DNA of 64,000 nucleotides, taken from the NCBI GenBank assembly GCA_016699245.1, contig CP064968.1, forward strand, positions 576,317 through 640,316, given 5' to 3'. The position numbers and the translations under genes are program-made. Numbering within the stretch: position 1 is the first letter of the stretch; each line of letters starts with the position of its first letter. Positions 1 through 7,875 of this stretch are shown here, piece by piece. The notes under the pieces are model-generated. The model was given only the letters and a program-made list of their open reading frames with translations. It was not told the origin of the DNA and ran no database searches. The stretch comes from Candidatus Kaiserbacteria bacterium (GTDB lineage: Bacteria; Patescibacteriota; Minisyncoccia; Phycocordibacterales; UBA918).

Positions 1-438
1 ACAGAAAGAAGTATGATTCCAAAAATAAAATTGTGACTGAGGGTTGTATTGAAAAAATAATACCCCATACCAAAGGACGCAAGCGCAGAGACTGAGCCAA
101 TCACGGGCACGACATCAGACGCATCGTGGTCGCGCAGTGCACTAAACATTGCGACAAGCGCGGTAAAGAAGGTGTACGCTGAAAGAAATGAAAGTGCCAC
201 CACTTCAAGGGTCGGCTTAATAACATTTGAAAAAGAAGGGATATGAAGTGACGCGGAGACAAATGGGAGAAATCCTATGAAGTACACCACGACCCACACA
301 CCTGAAATAAGACAGGTGTAGAAGGCATACACGAAAGGGCGTGGGAGCGTCTTTTCATCACTCACAATATGCTTGTCGACAAGCGCCACAAAAGCGTTGA
401 GAAATTGTGCACCTACTGCAAGAAGAATCCAGTTCATG
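1..438 (-). CDS. Integral membrane protein, partial (5' start inside window, runs off the left edge)
   Basis: Reverse-strand ORF starting at ATG 438-436. Its translation MNWILLAVGAQFLNAFVALV... is multi-pass hydrophobic. It is not in the ORF track because no stop falls inside the window. Confidence 0.4.
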
Positions 439-456
439 CTCGAGAAATTAACTGTC

Positions 457-1698
457 TCATATGTTTGTGTATTGTACCGCATTGTTCACACAAATCTCCT
501 TATACACCTGGGCAGAAGGACGCACAGTGCGCTTCAAAGTGACAAAATCAACAGCAACGAGTCCAAAGCGTTTTTCAAAACCAAGTGCCCATTCATAATT
601 ATCGAGAAGTGACCAATACATATGCCCGCGCACATCCACTCCCCTCTTCATAGCGCGCCACATAGCTTCGACCTGGCGGGTGATGTAATCAGCACGATAG
701 AGATCAGCCGCATCAGCCAGTCCTGACTCCGCCACATACAGTGGTTTTTTATATTTTGCGAGCATCACAAGTGCATCTTCAAGTCCTTCAGGATAAATAT
801 CCCAATCCATATCGGTCTTTACATACGTTTTAGTATCACCAAATTTTTTGTGGAAATAGTAATTAAGTCCTATAGAGTCGCATTTTTTATACACACGCCC
901 CATGAAAAGATACGTCCAGAAATAGTTTGCAATACATGCAATCATTTTATTGAGAGGATTCCAGTTCGCATGAAAAAGAATAACATGCTTTACCACACTC
1001 ACGTCTGCCTTTGGTGATGCTTTCTTGATTGCGTCATATGCAAGATTGTGTGCTAATGCAAGATTTTTCATCACACGAAAATAGAGGCGTAGTGGACCAA
1101 ATCCTTTTTGTGCTTGTGATTCATACGTGCGACCAGAATTGGTAATTGAAATGAGATCAGTGAGGGTAAATCGTTTAAATGGCGGCCAACTTCCTCGGAG
1201 CCATCCATTCGAACCAAAAACGTTTGGCTCATTCATGGTAGAAAAATCTCCACAGAGGTCCCCCAGACGCGATGCAACAAAAGCAGAGTAGCGCGCAAAT
1301 ACCTGAGGTGCGTTTTTTTGCTCGAATCCACCCTCCTTTGCAAACCACGTTGGCAACGTAAAGTGCCAAAGTGTGATATATGGTTTCATTCCTCTTTCAT
1401 TCAGTGCAATAAGTACCTTTCTATAGTGCTCAATTTCGTTTTCATTAAAGTTTCCTTCCTCCGGCTCAATACGCGCCCATTCTATAGAGAAACGATGGGC
1501 GTTGTGTCCCAAGGATTTTGCAATATCAAAATCCTCCTCGTAGCGATGATAGTGGTCGCAGGCAATACCACACAGAGGCACACGCCCCGCGCGTGCCGCT
1601 TCAGCCCAATCGGTATTTTCTATACCCCCTTCCACTTGATATGATGCAGTTGCTGCACCCCAAGAAAATCCTTCCGGAAATTTTTTTAGTTCAGACAT
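457..1698 (-). CDS. Glycoside hydrolase family 1 beta-glucosidase / 6-phospho-beta-glucosidase
   Basis: Family 1 glycosyl hydrolase (beta-glucosidase) N-terminal region KFPEGFSWGAATASYQVEGG is present. The conserved NEP and ITENG-like regions are also present. Start was moved to the internal Met MSELKK at 1698, because GH1 proteins begin just before this motif. Confidence 0.85.
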   Translation of the reverse strand: MSELKKFPEGFSWGAATASYQVEGGIENTDWAEAARAGRVPLCGIACDHYHRYEEDFDIAKSLGHNAHRFSIEWARIEPEEGNFNENEIEHYRKVLIALNERGMKPYITLWHFTLPTWFAKEGGFEQKNAPQVFARYSAFVASRLGDLCGDFSTMNEPNVFGSNGWLRGSWPPFKRFTLTDLISITNSGRTYESQAQKGFGPLRLYFRVMKNLALAHNLAYDAIKKASPKADVSVVKHVILFHANWNPLNKMIACIANYFWTYLFMGRVYKKCDSIGLNYYFHKKFGDTKTYVKTDMDWDIYPEGLEDALVMLAKYKKPLYVAESGLADAADLYRADYITRQVEAMWRAMKRGVDVRGHMYWSLLDNYEWALGFEKRFGLVAVDFVTLKRTVRPSAQVYKEICVNNAVQYTNI

Positions 1699-1763
1699 AC
1701 TAAAAACTATATCACAAAAGAAAACAGCCTCGAAGCGAGGCCGTTTCATCTGAGGACGAAAAA

Positions 1764-2246
1764 TCAAATCCAGGTTACTTTTTCTAGAAGAGAACGCTCC
1801 CTGAGTGCATCCCGAATGGACTCTTCACTCGCTGGTGTGAGGAACACATCGAACTGTACGACCTCACCATAACCTCCCATTTCCGACAGTGCAGCCACTT
1901 TGATTGCACGCGGACCCTCACGCATTGCAACATACGGTGTAGAAATTTTATTGAAGTAACTCATACAAGAACCCACTTCATCTGTCTCAAAGTAGATGTC
2001 GAATGCCCCTTTGTATGACGTGGAGATAACAATCCACTTCCACGTGTCGCGCCAGAATGGATCAGTTTGAGGAACGGCCTCGGAATCACCTTGAACAATT
2101 AAACAACTGACATCTGCAAGGGACTTGCCCGCAGGGAACCAAAATTTCCCTTTGAAAAGTCGTCCAACCATGCCAAAGAAATTTTGGACTTCCTTTGCAA
2201 CGTTTTTCATTACTTCTTCTCCTGTAAAATACAAAACAGAAAACAC
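1764..2246 (-). CDS. Hypothetical protein
   Basis: 160-aa ORF upstream of the GH1 gene on the same strand. No motif recognised. Confidence 0.4.
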   Translation of the reverse strand: MFSVLYFTGEEVMKNVAKEVQNFFGMVGRLFKGKFWFPAGKSLADVSCLIVQGDSEAVPQTDPFWRDTWKWIVISTSYKGAFDIYFETDEVGSCMSYFNKISTPYVAMREGPRAIKVAALSEMGGYGEVVQFDVFLTPASEESIRDALRERSLLEKVTWI

Positions 2247-2264
2247 TGTACCACAAAATATTTT

Positions 2265-2993
2265 TTATTCAATAGGAGTATTTTGGAATTTTTGAGGTGC
2301 GAGGGACTCTAGCCATTTGTGGTACAGAGCTGTTGTTGCAATGACATCGCGTGCATTATAGTGCGCGATGTCGCGGAACTTTTTCGCATGAAAAAGTTCC
2401 GCGACATCATCCCCTGCCACACCCTCTGCCTTTGGACTCTTTATCCCAAATGCCCTACAAAAAAGATGGAGTGACGGTCGACGCATCATCGCACCGTAAA
2501 AAGTCATTTGGTCTTGTAGGTCAACGTGTCGTACGTTCTTTTGTTGATAGAGATATCGTCCGTCCATCAAATCTACGGTCGGATGAATACCTAAGATTGC
2601 TGAGCGAAGATTGAGAAATGGTGCATCAAATCCTCGCCCATTGAAGGTTACAAATGTGTCATATGATTTTGCTCCTTCCCAAAAATCAAGGAGCATGTCT
2701 TTTTCGGTTCTTGGCTTCAGTACGTATTCACCCACGTCACTTTCTATTTCATCATCACTTTGGTAATACACCACACCCTGTCTTCGTTCTATATCATAGA
2801 GTCCAATCGCAACAATATGCCCCGTGAGTGGTGAGAAGCCAAGGCCTTCACGAAGATCTTTGAGTTCGACTTCACGTTCTGCTTCATTTTTTGCAGTACG
2901 CAAAATCCACCGAGAAAGCATCTCTTGCGTCGTGTGATCGAATGAGTCCCATGACTCCCCGACAGTTTCAATATCAAAGACGAGTGTTGCCAT
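2265..2993 (-). CDS. RNase H-like 3'-5' exonuclease (DnaQ / PolB-exo-like, YprB-type)
   Basis: N-terminal VFDIETVG acidic exonuclease motif I, followed by FNGRGFDAPFL. The C-terminal YNARDV resembles exonuclease motif III (YxxxD). Confidence 0.6.
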   Translation of the reverse strand: MATLVFDIETVGESWDSFDHTTQEMLSRWILRTAKNEAEREVELKDLREGLGFSPLTGHIVAIGLYDIERRQGVVYYQSDDEIESDVGEYVLKPRTEKDMLLDFWEGAKSYDTFVTFNGRGFDAPFLNLRSAILGIHPTVDLMDGRYLYQQKNVRHVDLQDQMTFYGAMMRRPSLHLFCRAFGIKSPKAEGVAGDDVAELFHAKKFRDIAHYNARDVIATTALYHKWLESLAPQKFQNTPIE

Positions 2994-3396
2994 ACAAAGG
3001 AGTCATAGTTGCGGCAGAAGTAGTCGCTATAGGTACTACAACCGGTACTACGATTGAGGTCGTAGAAGATACCGTAGGTGTAGGACTTTCTACTGCGGGA
3101 GGAGTTTCAAACTCCGATACAAAAGGAGGAAGGTTCTCCTCAGACGATAATCGTTCTGGTGCAACATATGTCCGGCGTACTTTCTCGATAAATGCATCTC
3201 GCCCCTCGCGCAAAGAATTTTCTTCGTACGGCACCACCTCATATGAGTCTTTTGGTGTAGCGAGCAGGACTGCTGATGTATCGGGTGTTGATTCTACAGT
3301 CTCGGATACTGGAGACAGCAGTATGTATATCACCCACACCAAAAACGTGAGAAAGAGAGAGACGACAACAACGAGCAAATCGCGGGTGCGTGGCAT
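2974..3396 (-). CDS. Small membrane-anchored Thr/Pro-rich protein
   Basis: N-terminal TM helix followed by a low-complexity T/S/P-rich tail. It overlaps a same-region ORF on the other strand. The minus-strand ORF was chosen because it shares strand with its neighbours. Confidence 0.3.
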   Translation of the reverse strand: MPRTRDLLVVVVSLFLTFLVWVIYILLSPVSETVESTPDTSAVLLATPKDSYEVVPYEENSLREGRDAFIEKVRRTYVAPERLSSEENLPPFVSEFETPPAVESPTPTVSSTTSIVVPVVVPIATTSAATMTPLYGNTRL

Positions 3397-3413
3397 GTAT
3401 CCACTATACTACA

Positions 3414-3444
3414 ACACCCGTGGGGGCTTTGCCCCCACGGGTGT
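3414..3444 (-). terminator. Stem-loop (13-bp GC-rich stem) downstream of the ATP-grasp gene
   Basis: acacccgtgggggc tttg cccccacgggtgt, a perfect hairpin. Confidence 0.4.
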
Positions 3445-3455
3445 GAGTACCTTTC

Positions 3456-4733
3456 TCATTTTACCTGTACTTCAATCAATTTTTCTACCCGTCTAATATC
3501 GGCAAGTAATTTGGAACGTTCGGTATTAAAAAGCGTGATTGTGAAAACGGCTTTTCCTCCATGGCGTGCAAAGACACAAGTATCACCCACTTTCTTAATC
3601 AGTTTGATTTCATTAAATGATGCCAATTCTTGGCATTTCTTTATACCTTTCAGTGCTATAATCTTCCCCTCTTTTTTTGAATACCATTTGATGGTTGCTG
3701 CGAAGCCTTTGCATTTTTTTGGTGTATGCGGTTTCTTGGGCATACGCACGAGAATATCATTGAGCGAATGATCAATATCGCAACTGAGGCGATGCAATTT
3801 ATCGCGAAATCCACCCACGCGTGGACCTATCTCGATAATTTTCCACTCATCGTCCATCTTCATGAGTTCTACATGTGCAGTCGTGTTGCGTAACCCGAGT
3901 GCGTGAATGCCCGCTTCCGCAGCAGTGTGTGCTCGCAGGATAGAAGTTTGTTTCAAATGAGTCGGACTCATGTGAAGGTAGTTAAAAAAGTCTTCATGGC
4001 CGATGTTGTGCCCCGTTAGGACACGCACCATAGGGCAAAAATACATCACGCCGCGTGAATTGACATACGCATCAACAGAATACATGTCCCCCTCCATAAA
4101 TTCCTCCACCATCATGCGTGGTTCTTCGGTGCGATTGTTTTGGGCATACGTCTGCTCAATTTTTTTACTCAGATTCGTGAGTGCTTTTTTTAATTCATCT
4201 TCGTGATAGCACAGTGACACTAAAAGACTTTGTGCGAGATTCGTAGGCTTAACAATCATTGGAAAGCCAATTTTTTCAATGATGCGCTTTCGCTCGCCTG
4301 TCGTATTACTTTTCACAACGGTATACTTTGGAGAAAAACGCGGTGCAAGGAGTTTAAACCTGCGACGCATCTCGAGTTTGTCGGTAGCCCATATGAGGGA
4401 CTCGGTGGTGGGTGTACGGAGGTATGGCACATGGGGGATAACTTCAATGAAGCGTGCCATGTGAGATTCAGAACGACAGGTGATGGCACAGAGTTGGCTT
4501 TGATACGGCGCAAGGGCTTCCGCGATGCGCGCAGGCGTATTGAGGTCGCACTCGATGAGTATATCAAGTCCTTTGTATGACTCGATTTCTTTCTGTTTCC
4601 CTTCATGTGCATCGCGAATAAGCATGACTTTAAACTTGCGTTTTTCTCTTTTCTCGTACGCACGAATACTCCCAACCGCACCCGCAGGCAGAACAGAAAC
4701 GTATACAATGATGTTTCGTTCTATTTTTTTCAT
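3456..4733 (-). CDS. ATP-grasp domain protein (carboxylate-amine ligase)
   Basis: 425 aa with a central ATP-grasp fold signature (FPMIVKP...EEFMEGDMYSVDAY...IIEIGPRVGG). Confidence 0.6.
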   Translation of the reverse strand: MKKIERNIIVYVSVLPAGAVGSIRAYEKREKRKFKVMLIRDAHEGKQKEIESYKGLDILIECDLNTPARIAEALAPYQSQLCAITCRSESHMARFIEVIPHVPYLRTPTTESLIWATDKLEMRRRFKLLAPRFSPKYTVVKSNTTGERKRIIEKIGFPMIVKPTNLAQSLLVSLCYHEDELKKALTNLSKKIEQTYAQNNRTEEPRMMVEEFMEGDMYSVDAYVNSRGVMYFCPMVRVLTGHNIGHEDFFNYLHMSPTHLKQTSILRAHTAAEAGIHALGLRNTTAHVELMKMDDEWKIIEIGPRVGGFRDKLHRLSCDIDHSLNDILVRMPKKPHTPKKCKGFAATIKWYSKKEGKIIALKGIKKCQELASFNEIKLIKKVGDTCVFARHGGKAVFTITLFNTERSKLLADIRRVEKLIEVQVK

Positions 4734-4877
4734 GAGAGTGTGTGCAACACAAGAAATGGGTCACACAAATAATGGAGTAGGATAATTATTGTTCGAGACT
4801 ATACCATAATCACATATGTATGTACAGAAATGCTGTTGCAAATCTGGGACTCGTTATAACTAAAATAGTATGGGTGT

Positions 4878-5789
4878 ATGTCCAAAATCCCTTATATAGA
4901 CTATGATACTCGAATGGAAACATCTTCAAAAGTAATATTTTTAAACGCAGGGACTGAGACACGCAAAGCATTTCTCGCGGGGATTGGCGATACTCCCTAC
5001 AAGTGGTACCACACGAAGAATATTGCACTCCATGTTTCAAAAGAAGGGGATGTAATTTTTATACGCAGAAATAAGCGTATCGACTGGACAGGTGCACAAG
5101 TCTTCACACGCCTTCGTGGTACCGATACTCAATTCTGTGGGATTCTTTATGACTATTTTGCTCATCACCACATTCCCGCAAGTGACCCTATCAATCGTTC
5201 CTATGAAAATAGCGCAGAGAAAATATCACAAATGTCACTTCTTGCGATGCATGGTATTCGCGTTCCGGAGTCATTTATTTTTCGTGAGGAATCGTATGCT
5301 CGAAATCAAGCCTACATAGAAGAGCGGCTCATCTTCCCCGCAGTGTATAAGACTGATGGGAGTAAGGGGCGCAATGTGCACTTTGCAGAAAATATTGGTG
5401 AACTGCGAAGACTTATTACAGCAAAGCAACCATATGTACTGGCGCTCGTGCAACCCTTCATTCAAAACACCTTTGATACGCGTACCCTAGTAGCGTTTGG
5501 CGAAGTACTCGGCAGCATTAAGCGAACACGCACAACCGGCTACCTCAACAACATCGCACAGGGTGCGATACCCGAAGTGTATGCGCTCACTGATATAGAA
5601 AAAGAAATTGCACTTCGTTCAGCAAAGGTATGTGGCATGGATGTCGCAGGCATCGACATGATACATACCGCAGAAGGACCAATTGTCCTCGAGGTCAACA
5701 AGTCACCCCAGATTCACGGCTTCGAATCCGTACACAATTTCAAAGTCTTCGAAAGAATCGCCGAGCTCATGCTCAAGCGAATGAAATGA
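4878..5789 (+). CDS. RimK-like ATP-grasp ligase (alpha-L-glutamate ligase family)
   Basis: Consistent with the RimK family: FPAVYKTDGSKGRNVHF...LVQPFI...GMDVAGIDMI...IVLEVNKSPQ. It is divergent from the previous ATP-grasp gene. Confidence 0.65.
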   Translation: MSKIPYIDYDTRMETSSKVIFLNAGTETRKAFLAGIGDTPYKWYHTKNIALHVSKEGDVIFIRRNKRIDWTGAQVFTRLRGTDTQFCGILYDYFAHHHIPASDPINRSYENSAEKISQMSLLAMHGIRVPESFIFREESYARNQAYIEERLIFPAVYKTDGSKGRNVHFAENIGELRRLITAKQPYVLALVQPFIQNTFDTRTLVAFGEVLGSIKRTRTTGYLNNIAQGAIPEVYALTDIEKEIALRSAKVCGMDVAGIDMIHTAEGPIVLEVNKSPQIHGFESVHNFKVFERIAELMLKRMK

Positions 5790-5829
5790 AAACAGCACTT
5801 ACAGTATGTAGTCAGATATTATAATATTA

Positions 5830-5849
5830 CCCGAGGACAGTCCTCGGGG
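5830..5849 (+). terminator. Hairpin cccgaggac-ag-gtcctcggg after the RimK-like gene
   Basis: Perfect 9-bp GC-rich stem 40 nt after the stop codon. Confidence 0.4.
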
Positions 5850-5904
5850 AAGATTATAATAAGTAATTGGCACTCTCGGGCATTTCCTGGAATTAAAATA
5901 TCAT

Positions 5905-6579
5905 ATGCAACTAGATACTGAACTCCGTATTGAACAAAACAAGGTATTGCTCCCATTCATTACACTAAAAATAGGGAATAAAACAATTATCATAATAGGA
6001 ATGCTCCATGTTGCCTCGAGGGCGTATTTCGAAGTTGTTCTTTCTCGTCTCAATTCATATGAATCTGCTGGATTTAAAATATTGTATGAAGATATCGAGA
6101 GCGTACCATCTGCATCTCAAGAGAATCTTGATAATTTGCTTAAAGGTCTAGAAATGTATGGTCTATACAGCCAACTAAGCTTCATACAACCGAAAACATC
6201 ATGGGTGTCTGCTGATGTATCACCAGAAGAAATGGTAAAAAACTTTCCTCAAGTAGAAGACTATGCTGAGAATATGAAGAATCCAGAAAAATATTTACAG
6301 GAGATACTGCTACCAGAATTACGCGGTTCTGGACCTGAAATACCGAATATTGAATTTGTAATTAATACAAGAAACCAATCCGCGGTAAATGCGATTCTCA
6401 AACACATAGAGAATGGAAACGTTGCAACCTATTGGGGTTGTGCTCACATGCCAGGAATGATTCATTTACTTGAACAGTCATCATTTACCATCAAATCAAT
6501 TGAGTGGATTGAGGCAATTGATATAGAAAAAATCAGTACGGGATTTTGCACTCTTCGAAGCAGTGGGCATCGCGATTGA
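5905..6579 (+). CDS. Hypothetical protein (possibly TraB/GumN-like)
   Basis: An IIIIGMLHVAS motif resembles the TraB family GTAHV motif. The last ~11 codons lie inside the duplicated arsR 3'-end fragment, so the native C-terminus was probably altered by the insertion. Confidence 0.4.
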   Translation: MQLDTELRIEQNKVLLPFITLKIGNKTIIIIGMLHVASRAYFEVVLSRLNSYESAGFKILYEDIESVPSASQENLDNLLKGLEMYGLYSQLSFIQPKTSWVSADVSPEEMVKNFPQVEDYAENMKNPEKYLQEILLPELRGSGPEIPNIEFVINTRNQSAVNAILKHIENGNVATYWGCAHMPGMIHLLEQSSFTIKSIEWIEAIDIEKISTGFCTLRSSGHRD

Positions 6580-6667
6580 GGGTGTAGATTCGCTCGCGTC
6601 CTTCGTCGCGCACTGAAACGGAACCACTGATTTAAGCACGCTGAGATGATGCGTAATGTTGGGTTTA
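6547..6667 (-). pseudogene. Degenerate 121-bp duplicate of the arsR-family gene 3' end
   Basis: About 90% identical to 7428-7549. Translates as TITHHLSVLKSV, then loses frame through a 1-nt deletion. Confidence 0.7.
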
Positions 6668-6680
6668 CGAAACCCAACAT
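6656..6680. repeat. REP-like 25-bp palindrome (left end of the RAYT unit)
   Basis: atgttgggtttacgaaacccaacat is a perfect palindrome. Its reverse complement occurs at 7376-7400. Confidence 0.75.
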
Positions 6681-6686
6681 ATATAC

Positions 6687-7373
6687 TTGTGTAATATGGA
6701 ATTATTTCATGTTTTGAACAGAGGGGTTGATGGTCGTATTCTTTTTAAAGACTCTGGCGACTATGTTCGATTTATACACAATATGTATGAATTCAACGAC
6801 GCGAACCCAGCACCACAATCAAATCGACGCCCTGGTGATATTGCTGACATCACAATTAAAGAACGTGAGATTTTGGTTGATGTACATGCGTGGGTACTCA
6901 TGCATAATCATTATCATCTACTCCTCTCTGAGCATAGAGAAGGTGGTATCTCTCTTTTCATGCGAAAGCTTAATGTCGGATACGCAAATTATTTTAATGA
7001 ACGATACCAGAGAAGTGGCACCCTATTTCAGGGGCGAACAAAAAAGATTCATATCGAAACAGACGCCCATTTTTTATATATTCTCCACTACATACACCTC
7101 AACCCACTCGACTATCTTGAAGGAGCGCAAGAGTGGCGAGTGCGAGATGCTTCAAAAACTTCTGAAGTAGAATTCTCACAACTCCAGACACATCTTCATC
7201 AGTACAGGTGGAGTAGTTATCAAGATTACCTCGGTAAGAAAAACTTCCCTTCCATACTCACCACAACACTGTTTCAAGAAAAACTTGGGGATGTACAAAG
7301 GAGTACAGAGAAATATCTTCAGAGCATTTCAGACGCACAAACTGCCATGCTATCAAAACTTTTCCTCGAGTAA
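6687..7373 (+). CDS. IS200/IS605-like Y1 (HUH) transposase, REP-associated tyrosine transposase (RAYT) type
   Basis: HUH motif VLMHNHYHLLL and C-terminal catalytic Tyr region YRWSSYQDY. The gene is flanked at 6 nt and 3 nt by inverted 25-bp palindromes. Confidence 0.7.
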   Translation: MCNMELFHVLNRGVDGRILFKDSGDYVRFIHNMYEFNDANPAPQSNRRPGDIADITIKEREILVDVHAWVLMHNHYHLLLSEHREGGISLFMRKLNVGYANYFNERYQRSGTLFQGRTKKIHIETDAHFLYILHYIHLNPLDYLEGAQEWRVRDASKTSEVEFSQLQTHLHQYRWSSYQDYLGKKNFPSILTTTLFQEKLGDVQRSTEKYLQSISDAQTAMLSKLFLE

Positions 7374-7375
7374 TC

Positions 7376-7400
7376 ATGTTGGGTTTCGTAAACCCAACAT
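7376..7400. repeat. REP-like 25-bp palindrome (right end of the RAYT unit)
   Basis: atgttgggtttcgtaaacccaacat is the exact reverse complement of 6656-6680. Confidence 0.75.
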
Positions 7401-7416
7401 CCAACATTGAATAAAT

Positions 7417-7770
7417 TTAATACGGAATCTTGCACTCTTCGAAGCAGTGGGCGTCGCGGTTGAGGGTGTAGATTCGCTCGCGTCCTTCGTCACGTACCGA
7501 AACGGCACCTACTGATTTGAGTACATTGAGATGATGCGTAATGGTGGGTTGCTTGAGTCCTAAACGCTCGGTAAGTTTCCCTACCGTCTCCCCTTTTTTT
7601 GCTTTCCCGAGGAAACACACTAATTTATAACGGCTCTCCACACCCACTACCTTGAAGCAGTCGGGGCAGAGTTCCTGCTCGCTCACTACCGTTTTTCTCA
7701 CCCATGCTGGACGGGGGTACGTTCGTGTTTTCGAATGCGTGTCTTTTTGTGCTTTTTTTACTTTTTCCAC
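7417..7770 (-). CDS. ArsR/SmtB-family metalloregulator (HTH)
   Basis: ELCPDCFKV metal-binding-like motif followed by a winged HTH (LGLKQPTITHHLNVLKSVGAV). Divergent from nrdD. Confidence 0.65.
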   Translation of the reverse strand: MEKVKKAQKDTHSKTRTYPRPAWVRKTVVSEQELCPDCFKVVGVESRYKLVCFLGKAKKGETVGKLTERLGLKQPTITHHLNVLKSVGAVSVRDEGRERIYTLNRDAHCFEECKIPY

Positions 7771-7875
7771 AGTCTCAAAAATTATATAGATGAGTATCTA
7801 TATATGATATATAGGCTATTATCTATTAATTGTACCAGAGGTTGCACTCGCGAGGCAACGCCTTTTAGAAACACC

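Larger units (their letters stand above)
6656..7400 (+). mobile_element. REPtron-like unit: palindrome, RAYT gene, inverted palindrome
   Basis: Hairpin-transposase-hairpin architecture, bracketed by 121-bp direct duplicates of the arsR 3' end (6547-6667 and 7428-7549). Confidence 0.6.

Noticed and set aside
2891-3496. 201-aa plus-strand Thr/Ser-rich ORF
   Set aside because: It begins inside the exonuclease gene and overlaps the minus-strand membrane ORF. Its low-complexity composition mirrors the opposite-strand coding sequence.
7735-7875. N-terminal 47-aa extension of nrdD in the ORF track
   Set aside because: It is AT-rich, lies upstream of the conserved ATP-cone start MPNITES, and overlaps the divergent arsR promoter region. 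It is more likely 5' UTR or promoter.
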